64,000 nucleotides of DNA from Octopus sinensis (lineage: Eukaryota), in assembly GCF_006345805.1 (NCBI RefSeq), contig NC_043004.1, positions 88,598,001 through 88,662,000 of the forward strand, given 5' to 3'. Positions 37,456 through 51,224 of this stretch are shown one piece after another. Below the pieces are notes generated by a model. It made no database searches. It saw nothing but the letters and a program-made list of their open reading frames with translations, and was not told the DNA's origin. Positions within the stretch are counted from its first letter, which is position 1. The number at the start of each line of letters is the position of its first letter. The position numbers and the translations under genes are program-made.

Positions 37456-37744
37456 TTAGTATTTAGTTGATATTCCCTTTGCAGTTTTTAATTCAGAAAC
37501 TCTTTATGGCATTGAACTGACGAGCTTTGGGATTGTCTCTTGTGGAATTTATGCCCACTTTTCACGCAACAATTTATCTTTAGATTGAGGTTTCTGTCGA
37601 GTTTTTCGTGTAGCTCTATCTAGTATGCTCCAAAGATTTTCAATTGTGTTCATGTCAGGAGATTGACTCGGCCAAGGAGGCTTTTTGATCCCATTTTCAG
37701 TCAGCTATTGTTGATTCCTTTTCGCTGTCTGGCTTGGATCAATG
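37456..37744 (-). mobile_element. Tc1-family transposase C-terminal relic
   Basis: DPSQTAK...ENGIKKPPWPSQSPDMNTIENLWSIL...SMP*RV...AKGISTKY*, with in-frame stops. Confidence 0.85.
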
Positions 37745-37779
<35 letters not shown>

Positions 37780-37780
37780 C

Positions 37781-37869
<89 letters not shown>

Positions 37870-37877
37870 CACATCGA

Positions 37878-38098
37878 AGCGGCGAGCTGGCAGAAGTGGT
37901 AGCACACCGGGCGAAATGCTTAGCGGTATTTCGTCTGCCGTTATGTTCTGAGTTCAAATTCCACCGAGGTCGACTTTGTCTTTCATCTTTTGGGGGTCGA
38001 TTAAATAAGTACCAGTTACGCACTGGGGTCGATGTAATCGACTTAATCCCTTTGTCTGTCCTTGTTTGTCCCCTCTATATTTAGCCTCCTGTGAACAA
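37878..38098 (+). mobile_element. SINE family A
   Basis: Head and body motifs. Confidence 0.85.
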
Positions 38099-38259
38099 GA
38101 AATATATATATATATACAGACATACATACACACATACATATATATATGAATCCATACGTATCCTCACATACAGAGAATCACAAGCATATGCATACATGCA
38201 GGTGTGTGTGAACAAATACACACATTTATACATACATGTTTTTTTATAGATAAATAGAT

Positions 38260-38635
38260 ACATACATACATACATACATACATACGTACGTACATACATA
38301 CGTACGTACGTACATACATACATACATACATACATACATACATACATACGTACGTACGTACATACATACATACATACGTACGTACGTACATACATACATA
38401 CATACATACATACATACATACATACGTACGTACGTACGTACGTACGTACATACATACATACATACATACATACGTACGTACGTACGTACGTACGTACGTA
38501 CGTACGTACATACATACATACATACATACATACATACATACATACATACATACATACATACATACATACATACGTACGTACGTACGTACATACATACATA
38601 CATACGTACATACATACATACATACGTATGTATAC
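38260..38635. repeat. Mixed (TACA)n/(TACG)n array
   Basis: Direct inspection. Confidence 0.95.
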
Positions 38636-39550
38636 CAGTGATCTACTGCTCTCAATACCTCAATTTAGTCATCGTCTTTCCCCTCCCCTCGAGAAGTGAC
38701 GACGCAACCAAATCAAAACATATCATTATTTTATATTTACATGTGTGGATGTCAGCATATTTATTCGAACATTTTAAACAACAACGTCAAAATCTTCCAG
38801 TCAGCGGGTAGAAGCTGCTTCTAGCATTCGTAATTTTGTGCTTCGCCATTTTCCTTCTATTTATTTGTCTCTTTTGCAATCTTTTTCTACTTCATCATTA
38901 TTTTTGTTAAAAAATTTACCAATCTTATTAGCAACCTTCTAAACTTGGCTAAGCTAATGCAGAGCCGTCAATCTATATCAGATTACAACAATAGTTAGAT
39001 TTTCTTTTTTGTTTTCCCATGTTGCTTCTGCTCAGCTATGTTACTCCGCCAGGCTGTAAGGAAAATCTGTGTTACAAAGAAAATAAGGATGCAAATAAGA
39101 ACATGCGCATCTCCATAGGCAGGGTTTCCATATAATACAAATAGAATACATATTTGCACACACATACACACACATGCCATTATTAAGGCAACGGTTATAT
39201 TAAATTATTCTTTCCAGATTCAAAATAAACAAAAATTCTTAGCATTTTTTACATATAAAAACGGCAAAACATAACTGACTTAATATAGAAAGCTGGTTGT
39301 AATGTCTATCATTTTCTGAAAGAGACATGTCTCACACACACACACACACACACACGCACACATAAATATATGTATATGTCTGTATATGTATGTGCGTGTA
39401 TATATGTATATATATATATATATAGATATATATATATACACACATACATACACACACATATATATACATATGTATACACACACACACACATATATATACA
39501 TACACACACACACATATATATACATACATACATATGTATGTATATGTATA

Positions 39551-39940
39551 GGCCCAGATGTGGTTGTGTGGTAAGAAGGTTGGTTCCCAACCATATGGGT
39601 CCGGGTTCAGTCCTCGGGCAAGTGTTTTCTATTATACCCTCGGGCTGACCAAATCTTTGTGAGTGGATTTGGTAGACGGAAATTGAAGGAAGCTGTCATG
39701 TGTGTTTGTGTATGTGTCTATGTGCGTGTGTCTTTGTGTCTGGGTTTGTCCCATCATCACCGCTTGACAACAGGCGTTGGTGTGATTATGTCCACGTGAC
39801 CTAGCGCTTCGGCATGAGAAACCAATAGAATAAGTAGTAGGCTTTAAAAAATAAGTCCTGGCGTCGATTTGTTCGACTAAAACCCATCAGATGGTGCTCC
39901 AGCATGGCTGCAGTTAAATGACTGATACACTTAAAAGAAT
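39551..39940 (+). mobile_element. SINE family B, full length
   Basis: Head, body and tail. Confidence 0.85.
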
Positions 39941-39981
39941 AAAAAATATATACATATATATATATATTATATATATTATAT

Positions 39982-40012
<31 letters not shown>

Positions 40013-41219
40013 CATATATAAAAATATACATATATATATGTATTTATATATTACATTGAAATATACGTGATTCGTATAGTTGGCCATATGTTTCGCTTTT
40101 CAAACGAATAAACTACTTTTTCTATCAAACGATGGAACTTATAGCAAAGAATGGGATGGAATGCCATAGCACACGCATTTTCTATAAATAAAATTAAGTC
40201 AAAATTAAATTAAAATCAAATCAAAATTAAATCGAAATTAAAGCAAAATTTATCTTCGCTTCTTGCTTTTCTTCTTCACTTTCTTGTTAAACTTTAGTTA
40301 CGTTTCACTTATCTTCCTCCTTGTTTTCTTGCTTTTCCAATCTCATTCACCTTTATTTTCTTCTCTTCTCCTCTCTCAAAATGTTGACCTGCTGTGCCAA
40401 TAACCTATATTCTCGCCACGATTCATTATATTTGCTTTATATATTGACTCCTGCCTAAGGTTTATGGCTATGTAAATTTTCTTACTCTTTTGTCGTAATC
40501 AATTTAAAGAACTGCATTATAAATTCATCCTACTGCACGCTATATAATATGCCTTTCGATTTTATGTATTTTTCTTTAGAACTAAGATTGTTTTCTCTGG
40601 TCTGTGAAACCCCCTGCCTAGAATTAATTCATCTCACCTAATTCACTAAATTAATTCTCACTCCAATTCCATTTATAAATAGTTTCCTTGACAACAAAAT
40701 TTTCTCTCCTTTATTGTTTGTCTTAGTATTAATCACTGAATATCTTCTTTTTTTTTTTTTTGTCTTTGTCATTTCTCTCTTACTGTTTCTTGAATTCTTT
40801 CTTGAATTTCTGTACAAAAAGCAGATTATTGAATACCATTTTTTTTTTTTTTTTTTTTGCATCTTACTTGAATTTCAAATAATTTAACTTGTATATTTAG
40901 AAAAAAAATGTACTAATACTTACCATCCTATTCTTTGCAATGATTTTTTTATTAATTAAACTAATATCTCATTCGTTTGCACAGCTTATATAAACCGAAA
41001 CATACGGACATCTGTAACGAATCACAATTGTTTTAATGTAATACTTAATAATATACATGCTTGCGCGCATGTGTGTATGTACGTAACGTATATGCACAGG
41101 AAGAACGGCAACATGCTGGGAACCATGAGAGGATAATCTTAATTTTCTGTGTTGGATAAGAATAAAATAATATACTTGCATTTCTGTACTAAAGATAAGT
41201 ATCCGTGTAACGGATACTT

Positions 41220-41259
41220 ATCTTCTGAAGAGCGACCAAGCTATGAAACATATCAGGAT
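41220..41259 (+). ncRNA. Decayed hammerhead-like motif
   Basis: AUCUU-CUGAAGA-GC(GACCAA)GC-UAU-GAAA-CAUAUC-AGGAU; stem I pairs but stems II and III are damaged. Confidence 0.4.
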
Positions 41260-41318
41260 CAAGATAATTTCCTTTATTTCTGTGTGCAACGACAAAAACG
41301 TGAATTACTTAAACTTTT

Positions 41319-41725
41319 GGATCTTTTCGGTTTGAACGGCAGTTTTTTCTAGCGGTGTCATATGAAATTGTCACCCATAATTATGACCCTAGTATCGATC
41401 TATTGCATTTCAATCTGTTTTAGGGCTAGGGTTAGTTAGGGTTAGGGGTGGGGGGAAGGGTATCTTTTTTCTTCACAAATGTAAATAAACCCAATCTGTT
41501 TCTTAAACTAGGGACATATTCATACGGCACAGAATGCTTTTTACCTCAATAGACGTCACTGATTGGTTGAAATTGCAGAAATTGAAGAAAAAACAACAAC
41601 AAATATCTTACAAACTATAGAATTTTCTCAATAAAGCCAAGAGAAAAAGATGTTTTATAAACACATTCTACCAGTATACGAAGTTTAAAATTCTTTAGTT
41701 ACCTAGAAATTATGTTAAAAACTGC
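41319..41725. mobile_element. MITE of the same family, right terminus truncated
   Basis: Starts GGATCTTTTCGGTTTGAACGGCAG; near-identical to 52305-52699; TTAGGG repeats ~41420-41450. Confidence 0.85.
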
Positions 41726-41995
41726 AGCCAGATTATGTGTGTATTTGTGTGTGGGTGTGTCTGTTTGTGTGTGTGTGCGTGTATGCTCGTGCGCATTTGT
41801 ATTGCATAATGGTTTGAGGCAACGTATGTCTGGATAAACGGTAAATAACTTTGCATGCTCAAGTGTGATAAGAAAATATTTAACTTCGTTGTGTGAATAG
41901 CGTCACGTGTCTTCACTACTGACTATTTTTCCCAGCGAGTATAAATGTATATTTATTAATAAGTATGCACTTAAACTTCTATAGAATGTGAATGA

Positions 41996-42026
<31 letters not shown>

Positions 42027-42269
42027 ATATATAATATATATATATATATTATATATGTGTGTGTGTGTGTGTGTGTTGTGTGTGTGTCTGTCTAGGTAAG
42101 TATTATATGTATAATATGTATGCGTATGTTCGTGTATATATGTCTGTGTTTGTGTGTTCGTATTTATATATGTGTGTGCCAGTGTGTTTATACACTTGGA
42201 TATGTGCATATACATAAACATATATATTCATAAATACATACGCGGGTGTATTATATATGAATATATACA

Positions 42270-42305
<36 letters not shown>

Positions 42306-42469
42306 TATATATGTACATACGTGTGTGTGTGTGTGAGAGAGATCATGCATATTCAAAGCTTCAATATTTTGATCACCGGTCTACTGTATCAGGGCTGGTC
42401 TGGAGTTTAGAAAACAACAGTAACGACACAAATTTCTTGTAATCACGTCGTTGCAAATTAACCTTATTC

Positions 42470-42486
42470 ATTAATAATAATAATAA

Positions 42487-42517
<31 letters not shown>

Positions 42518-42630
42518 AAGAAGAAGAAGAAGAAGAAGAAGAAGGAGGAGGAGGAGGAGGAGGAGGAGGAGAAGAAGAAGAAGAAGAAGAAGAAGAAAGA
42601 ATAATGAAGAAGAAGAAGAAGAAGAAGAAC
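42470..42630. repeat. (TAA)(GAA)(GGA)(GAA) compound microsatellite
   Basis: Direct inspection. Confidence 0.95.
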
Positions 42631-43000
42631 CTATACCTGGGTCCTCAACACTATACGCTATCCGAACAATTGCCCTGCTAGGAACAGTACACACCCTACG
42701 CAAGACACTATCAATTCAATAATACAACTTAAACAAAATAACCCACAAACACAAGACACACTCTATAGAGTAATTATCCAGTAAAATAAACTTCCACCAG
42801 CAACCCTCGTAACTCGCCGCACAATAGAAACAGCAATACAACAAATAACTGTACGATACCACAAGAGAAAAAGAAAACTACCAGGAAAAGTTTGAACACT
42901 ACCAACAACAAAAAAGAACACAATTCTGCACAAACCCCAGTAACACGATGTGTAGCAGGTGATCCAATAGAAATTTGCCTGAAACTACCAAATATTGAAC
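42630..43000 (+). mobile_element. R4-like LINE extreme 3' end with (TAA)n tail
   Basis: IPGSSTLYAIRTIALLGTVHTLRKTLSIQ* (stop 42720-42722), then 3' UTR and a TAA array. Confidence 0.7.
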
Positions 43001-43028
43001 AATAATAATAATAATAACAATAATGATG

Positions 43029-43087
<59 letters not shown>

Positions 43088-43089
43088 CG

Positions 43090-43818
43090 TCTCGATTATT
43101 ATCAACAGAAATGCAAATGCTACATTTATCAAGAAACATTCCTATAGGGGAAAAAGGAAGAAGGTGGGCATCAATGGTTGCTCACCGAAGGACCCTAAAG
43201 CTGCGGGAGGGAGAGATGATCCTCCGGTTAAAGCGAAGGAACCGCACTCTCCCGTATCAAGGACAAGATAAACGAAGAAAAAGAATGGGACAGTGCCGGC
43301 TGTTAGCAGTACACTGCCGGCATGTCCCGAAACCTCGTCGGTGGGGATTGTGCCACCGACGGAGGAAACTGTATCCCCTCTCAGTGTAATAAATGAGGAA
43401 TTTGTGATCTTCTTTCTTAAGGGAGGGGCCGTAGAGGACTTTGTGATTAATCTTGAAGGTCGGGAACAGGCGGTCCTGACCTGCATTGATAGCCCGGATT
43501 AGCTGCCGCAGGTGAGTGCGGAGGTCATAGAGGAAAATTACTTCTATAGGGTGATGGATTCCTTTACTAAGGAAGAATATAATTATCTTTTATGGGACCC
43601 CAGCTTGTGACTGCAGGCTTACCTGCAGATGACAAGAGACTTAAACGGGGAGGCGGAGTAAGAGGTCTTAGCGCCTCGATTTGCACTTGGAGATTGGTAA
43701 GAGGCATAGCGCCTCAAGTTGAATATTTGCTGAACTTTTTCGATTGGTAAGAGGCTCAGTGCCTCAATTTGTAATTATTGTAAGAGGCTCAACATCTCTT
43801 TTGTAATTTAAAAAAAAG
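43090..43818 (+). mobile_element. ORF1 C-terminal fragment of a non-LTR element with four 3' hairpin repeats and an A tail
   Basis: Stop-interrupted low-complexity then acidic frame (...TEETVSPLSVINEEFVIFFLKGG...EENYFYRVMDSFTKEEYNYLLWDP...); TAAGAGG...(G)CCTC-type units at 43659, 43698, 43748, 43781. Confidence 0.6.
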
Positions 43819-44912
43819 AACAATGTTATCAGGAAGAAACAATCAGCGGGCGTTGGCTGCTTCCCCAACCAACCATCTTTTTTTTTCATTCCATCATCAT
43901 ATGTGTCCAACCCGCAAAGCTTCATCTGTTTTATGCCTTTATGGCAAACGTAATGAAATGAAGAAACGTGCCTATTCGGGCCAACGAGAAACTTGTACAA
44001 AGTCGTCAGCCTACTACAGCCAAATCTTGCTCAAATTTCATCCTAACATTTTCATAAGAAAGAAAACGCTTTGTATAGTGTAGTACTTGATGTGCAATGC
44101 CCGGATGTGATGTTCGTAGCATCTAAGCCTTTTATCTTAAGAACATGCAATCAGGTATGGCCTGCGTTAAACGACAATAATATTTGACAACACATCGCTA
44201 GAACTGTACCCTCGTTTCTCATAAATCCTAAGATTTGTTATCGGATGAATATGCCTCTGAGTGATGATGATGCATCTAATACAATGCACAATTATACGAC
44301 GAAGATTAAGATTATCAAACTGAACTAAATAATACTTAAGCCTTAAACAGCTTATCGGTTTACACACGCTGTAAGTTATCCTTACACTGACAAGTTACAA
44401 CATACGTATTCGAAATCTATTCTCTCTCTGATAACGTTTTATTCCCCAACGCCAATTTTATCCAAACGCATGCCCTCCTACTGATCTATATTAATCTTCT
44501 GTCTCTTCTACTACTCCTACAAATATCTTTTCCCTCTCACTTTCACATAAACCCATTTGTTTCACCAATATTTTATCTTCTCTCACACAGTAGACCCCGA
44601 TCAATGTACTTTTCGTAGATTCCTTGTACCCAAAATGCCGACGTTCGAAATTTCTCTCCGGGTCACTGTTAATCTTTATGTATTAAAACTTAGCCACAGG
44701 ACATTTGATTGGCAGGGTTATGAGAGGTTTTGGCACAGCATATCTGGTGTTGCTGACTGGAGATTGATTATTTAAGGTTTCAATGCCCCTCTCACTCACT
44801 CAGCTCTCTCTTTCTCTTTCATTCCCTCTCTATTTATGTGTGAGCTTATTTCTCTTTATATGTATGAGGAGGAGAAAGAGTTTATGTCTATCGCGTTCAT
44901 TTAATAAATTGT

Positions 44913-44982
<70 letters not shown>

Positions 44983-46222
44983 TCTTTCTCCCTGTATTTG
45001 TATATTTCGCGCACGCACGTGCGAGAGCGTTTCCCTCCAGTACCAGAAATTACTGTCACCAAAACAGTTTCTGCGTCCAGTCCGCTGTGCCAATTTGCTA
45101 GCGCCCAAACAGCCACGCCCAATGGCCTCATTCCGCAATTGGAAGAATGGTTAAAGTGTTGCAATATTTGATCCGGCTCCCTGTACTCTTAGTTCAAATC
45201 ACACCATATTCAGCTTTGCCTTTCCCTTTTTCGAAATTGATAAATATCAGACAAGTGCTAATACAACTCATTCCTCCTACAATGGGTCAAACAGAGGCTG
45301 TTTCACTCGGCCATCAACGTAAGACCTGAAAAAGTACTTGTGCAAGGTATATACTACCAAATCATCTTCGATTGCGAGCGACGTCTTTAGTCTATTAACC
45401 TTATCTAAATGTCACGATCACCTAATCAAAACGTCTTGAAAATCAATGAAAAAGTTGCCCTTCTTCTTCCAGCTAAATTGTGTAAAAGAGAGAGAGAAAG
45501 AGAGAGTTTATAACTATAATTAAATTTCAACAAGTAATAAAGTCAATGCAACTGGTGTCCCGCATAATTTATAGAGGTAAAAAGCTCTCTGATTCAAGAT
45601 ATACACTTTCTTAGTTAAATGTTCTGGTGTAGCAGTGTCTTCTCAATTTCACACTCGCTATTCATAAAAATCTACTTCATCTGAGTTTCCGTCTTCAAAC
45701 TTGAACTTAAAAATCTTTATTACTTTTGTTATTTCCAATCACCTTCTCTAAAGTCGTCACTTTCACTTTCGTTTCCTTCAATCACTTTCTCCAATATCGC
45801 TTAATTTTCACTTACCATCAAAATCAGAAGCGCTATCTGGTCAGTCTTGTTTGCATAATTACTGAACGGTCCTCTCAGATAATTTTAATACATAGTTTTA
45901 TGAACCTCATTTCTACAGCAACACATTGATATAGTTCGACAGATCCGAATCTAGTATCGTTCTTTAACTATCATCGTTTATCGCTTACTTGTGTCAGTCA
46001 CTAGATGCGACCATTCTGAGGCACTGCTTTGAAAGGTTTCGTTGAACAAATCTCCACCAGTACTTATTTTTAAGTCTAGTACTTTTTCTATCAGTCGAAA
46101 TTAAATTCTTCTTACCAGTTCAAACAGGTACTTTTCAAAAGACTCTAATTTTATAATAGTGCTACATTTTTTCTGGACATAATCCGTATTCAAATATTTT
46201 GGTTCACTGAATGGAGTAGAGT

Positions 46223-46497
46223 GGAGGTGCAATGGCCCAGTGGTTAGGGGAGCGGACTCGCGTTCGGAGGATCGTAGTTACGATTCCCAGACCGGGCGTT
46301 GTGTGTGTCTATTGAGCGAAAACACATAAAGCTCCACAAGGCTCTGGCAGGGGGTGGTGGCGACCCCTGCTGTACTCTTTCGCCACAACTTTCTCTCACT
46401 CTCTCTTCCTGTTTCTTGAGTAACGCTGCGATTGACTGGCGTCCCGTCCACCTGGGCCCATGAGCCCATGAGCCTGGCTAGGTTTGAAAATGGCGAC
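46223..46497 (+). mobile_element. SINE family C (tRNA head GGAGGCGCAATGGCCCAGTGGTTAGGG)
   Basis: A box TGGCCCAGTGG, B-box-like GTTACGATTCC; body CGCCACAACTTTCTCTCACTC. Confidence 0.85.
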
Positions 46498-46564
46498 GTT
46501 TAGGTTTTTTTTACATTGAAGGCCACAGACATACATTATGCATTGTTATAAATCTGTCTAATAA

Positions 46565-48356
46565 AGATTTTTAAAATAATTTCTTTGTAACTAAATACTT
46601 TTAAACTTCGTATACTGGTAGTGTGTTACATAAACCATCTTTTTCTCTTGGCTTTCTTGAGAAAATTCTGTAGTTTGTAAGCTATTTCTTGTTTATTTTC
46701 TTGCATTTCAGCAATTTCAACCAATCAATGACGACTATTGAGGTGAATACAATATCTCCGGATCTTTGTCAACAACAATTATTTGCGGTGTCATATGAAT
46801 TTGTCACTGTTATTAATGACATATTTCATATCAGTTACGTTCGTATGAATAAAAGATTATAGTTATTAAACTTTTATTAATAAACACATATTCTAAGTTC
46901 ACAACATATGCAGTTTTAATTTCCCTCTCTGTTGCACAGATACACACATTACATATTATATATTCGTTTAAAAAACAGATTGGGTTTATTTACATTTCTG
47001 AAGAAAAAAAGACACCCCTAACCCTAACCCTAACTCTAACCTTAATCCTAACATTTTCCGCGGATTCTCCTCCACGAATTCTTGCTCTGTATACACTGTT
47101 TCATCTTCTTCTCCACACTCTTCCACGGTTGCCTCTCTCTGTGTCGAACTCTCCTCCCTCTCTTTTTCCTTGCTTCGGGGGGCAGTCCGCTTTTTTATGT
47201 CCTCTTTCGCGACACAAAAAAAAAAAACATTTCACAGGTCTGCCCTCTATCTCCACATTTAACTTGTTTCCTTCAGGCAATACTATTTCTTCAATTATGG
47301 AATTCAGGTCTTCCAGGGTGGCTTGAATTTTCATTTCTAGCCCGTATCCTTTTGAGTTCTCGTTGCCTTAAATATTTTCGGACTCTGTTTCATGTGGAAT
47401 AAGACTGCCGCCATAATCCACGTCTCGTCGTATTCGGGTGGGATTTTACCCACCCTTATTCTCGCCATTCGGATCTTTTCGCTTTGACCGGCAGATTTTT
47501 AAAATAATTTCTTTGGAACTAAACACTTTTAAACGTCGGATACTGGTAGAATGTGATTATAAAACATCTTTTTTTCTTGGCTTTCTTGAGAAAATTCTGT
47601 AGTTTGTAAGCTATTTCTTGTTTATTTTCTTGCATTTCGGCTATTTCAACCAATCAATAACGTCTATTGAGGTGAATTCAATTTCTGCCGGATCGTTGTC
47701 AACAACAATAATTTCCGGTGTCATATGAAATTGTCCCTGTTATTTATGAGAAAAAAGATACCCTGCGGGCATAAACTAAGGGGTAACTCGTAAACAGACC
47801 TGGATGACAAAACCGTTCCCTCTTTAGTATCCACCCATATTTATGACCCTAGTATCGATCTGTTGCATTTCAATCTGTTTTGGGGTTAGGGTTAGGGGTG
47901 GAGGGAAGGGTATCTTTTTTCTTCAGAAATGTAAATAAACCCAATGTTTCTTAAACGAATATATAATATGTAATGTGTGTATCTGTGCAACAGAGAGGGA
48001 AATTAAAACTGCATATGTTGTGAACTTAGAATATGTTTATTAATAAAAGTTTAATAACTATAATCTTTTATTCATACGAATGTAACTGGTATGAAATATG
48101 TCATAAATAACAGTGACAAACTGATATGACACCGAATTGACAAACAACCGCAGAAATTGCATTCACCTCAATAGACGTCATTGATTGGTTGAAATTGCCT
48201 AAATGCAAGAAATAGCTTACAAACTACAGAATTTTCTCAAGAAAGCCAAGAGAAAAAGATGTTTTATGTAACACATTCTACCAGTATACGAAGTTTAAAA
48301 GTGTTTAGTTACAAAGAAATTATTTTAAAAATCTGCCGGTCAAAGTGAAAAGATCC
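46565..48356. mobile_element. Composite foldback element (half-MITE + retroelement ORF1 fragment + MITE)
   Basis: ~46565-47020 is the reverse complement of ~47905-48333; a second GGATC terminus at 47471; right terminus AAAGATCC at 48356. Confidence 0.75.
47053..47470 (-). pseudogene. Non-LTR retroelement ORF1 (gag-like) fragment with CCHC zinc knuckle
   Basis: MARIRVGKIPPEYDETWIMAAVLFHM...(frameshift)MKIQATLEDLN...EIEGRPVKCF(F)LCRERGHKKADC. Confidence 0.75.
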
Positions 48357-50474
48357 TAATCCAGTACTTATGTTAGCGATTTCTGTTCCTAATATCACTC
48401 ACTTACGGGTCGTAAATATGGGGATCGCCCTTTTATCAAACAGTTTCAAACATAAATTCGTACAATCATACAAGCGCGCGCACGCAAAGAGGTATGTGGC
48501 AGGCTTCTCTACAGTTTCCGTCTCCCAACATCACTTAGAAGGTATTAATTGGCCTAGGGCTACAACAGAGTACAATCGCTGAAGATGCCCTACAGTAGGA
48601 CAGAACCCGAGACCACGCGCTTGTTTAGCAAACTTCTTAACCACGTCGTCTTAACTACATCTATCACACACACACATATCTATATGTGTGTATGTTTGTG
48701 TGTATATGCGTCTGTATAGTACACAGACGTACACACGTACACACCCGCGCGCATATATACATCTACTTATATAGATATATAAAGAAGAGAGAGAAGAATA
48801 AAGAGGAGGAGAGAGAAAGATGCTGAGATAGTGGGAGAGTAAAAGCAGCGTAGGAAGGAGTTAAAGATACATAGAAAGACATAATTATTATGATAATATT
48901 ATAGACATTTCTTCAGTGGTGTGATCATAACAGCTGTAGCTCAGCGATATCTCAATGCCTTAAACCGTGCTTCGACGCTACCACTCATGAGATATTATGA
49001 TACACGATGAAAAAGCTTTATATTTATGTTTACACGATTCACAAGCTGGTAACATTAATTCAACTAACACACTGCAAGTATGTTAGTAGAATTGACACAA
49101 AGTCTTTCTCGTATGAGCGGTTAAATGGGATTGGTTAACGTCCCAAGGGGTTGAACGAAGACGTCGATGATAACGAATGGGAATGAGAGACGAAAAATAA
49201 CAACGACAATGATAATGATGATGTTAACAGCAATAACAACAATAATCGGAACTGCAAAGAAGAAGGAAGAAAGACCTTGGGACCAAAGTAACTTTTATTA
49301 CTACTTCGATCTTTCCATGAATCTTCACTGTAATATTTACGTATGTATGTATGCATGTATGTATGAATGTATGTATGTATGTGTGTGTATGTATGCATGT
49401 ATGAGCGTATATATATATGTATTTGTGTGTGTAAATTTATTTATATATGTATGTATATGAGTATATATATATGGATATGTAATGTGGGTTTGTATGCATG
49501 CATGTATATGTATGCTTAACCAAACATCATATGGTCTTCTTTCACACCAAAACTATTTCCACCTGCATTTTTATGCTTTTGCTCCCTCCTCCCTATATAT
49601 ATACACACGTATGCAGATGCATACACACATACACATAAGTATGTTATATCTATATACATACTCATATATGTTTGCATCTGTGTGCCTGTGTATCCATAAA
49701 GAAGTGAAAGAATTTATTTCGCATAATTACTGTTTTTCCCCCTTTTTCCATTTTTTTTTACTTATATTTCAAGCAGTTAATGGAAATTTTTTTGGCGAAG
49801 GAAAAATATTGCATCTTTTGTATAGATTCCCATCAAATCGTATTAATATTCTGTCTAGCAAGAGAGGTTGCGTGAAGTTAGTCAATAGTTACATAGTAAA
49901 AGGAAAGAGAAAAATATTCACACCATCATAAACGCAAGATTCCAGGTGTACATTTATCATATGGAACTAGCCTTATGGAACATATTGTGTGTTATTCCTC
50001 CATTTAGTTTCTAAGTAGAAAAATCGTAATGTTCCAAAATTCTTTCAAGGGTAAATATTACTTGAGAGTATATTCCAAAAGAAAATTTTGAAATGAAGAA
50101 TTAAAAATTAATTTCACTAATTTTTAAATTCCCATACTGAAGTATGAAGTATAAAGAAAAACAGAAAATTTTAAAAATTAGAGTTACAATATGAAAACAA
50201 AGTTTATAGAAATTCTGCGCGATTAAATCTGAAATTCTTTAATTATTTCATTCTATTTTATATGTATTGTTATTAGAATTATATTTTTAACTAAAATTAA
50301 TTAAAGAAGGAGAAAGAATTTCGTAATTAAAAGTAGGTTTATTATTTACTGCTTTGCAAATTTAGTTATTCAGTTTTTCACTCATTTCAGTTTAGAAGGC
50401 TTTTCACGTACTGCTGGGAAATTTTGTCGCTTGAAGAGAGCACGAATAAACAGCCTCGAAATAGAAAAGCAATA

Positions 50475-50722
50475 AGTAACAACTGGCACTCCGTCGGTTA
50501 CAACGACAATTCCAGTTGATACGATCAACGGAATGGTCTGCTCATGAAATTAACGTTTAAGTGGCTGAGCATTCCACAGACACGCGTACCCTTAACGTAG
50601 TTCTCGGAGAGATTTAGCATGACATAGAATGTAAAAAAACTGGCACTTTGAATTACCGGTGCAACTCATTTTTGCCAGCCGAGTGGGCTGGAACAACGTG
50701 AAGTAAAGTGTCTTGCCGAAGG
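50475..50722 (-). mobile_element. SINE family D
   Basis: Reverse-complement similarity to 57400-57665. Confidence 0.7.
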
Positions 50723-51224
50723 GCTAACCCACTTATTCTAAGTGAAGCCTTCGACTTGTTCTTTCCAAAGGGGTTTTTATTTAATCCAATATCTATACGC
50801 TATTACTTATAGCTTTTCTACTTCGCGATCCAGTTTCAGAATTGAATTATTTCACATTTTCTCTAAGTTTATAAATCCGTATGACATCAAAATAAATAAA
50901 TGCTTCTACTACAAGTTCACGAAATTTTGGAAGTAGGGTTAGTCGAAACAATTGGTTTTAATAACTGAACGGTACTTTATTTCATCGACCTTGAAAGAAT
51001 AAAATGCAAAGTTGCCACCCCACTCGGCGGAATTTGAGCGCAGAATGAATAAATACTTTTAAAAGCAAAATGTTGTCCCATCAACTGAAAAAACGCGTAC
51101 CAATTAGGTAACTAGAGTGAGAGAAGTCCACAAAACATCCCTGCCTACCATATACTGCTTACGCCTTACATTGCTCTATGGACAAGATGTTCTCCTACAT
51201 ATCGGCCAAGGCCTCCCTCCGTTT

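Noticed and set aside
44565-44720. Possible non-coding exon after a strong polypyrimidine-CAG (44590)
   Set aside because: No good donor and no expression data; such acceptors are common by chance in this composition.
45071-45095. REST/NRSE-like site
   Set aside because: Several mismatches to the consensus, and I have no basis for a REST orthologue in this lineage.
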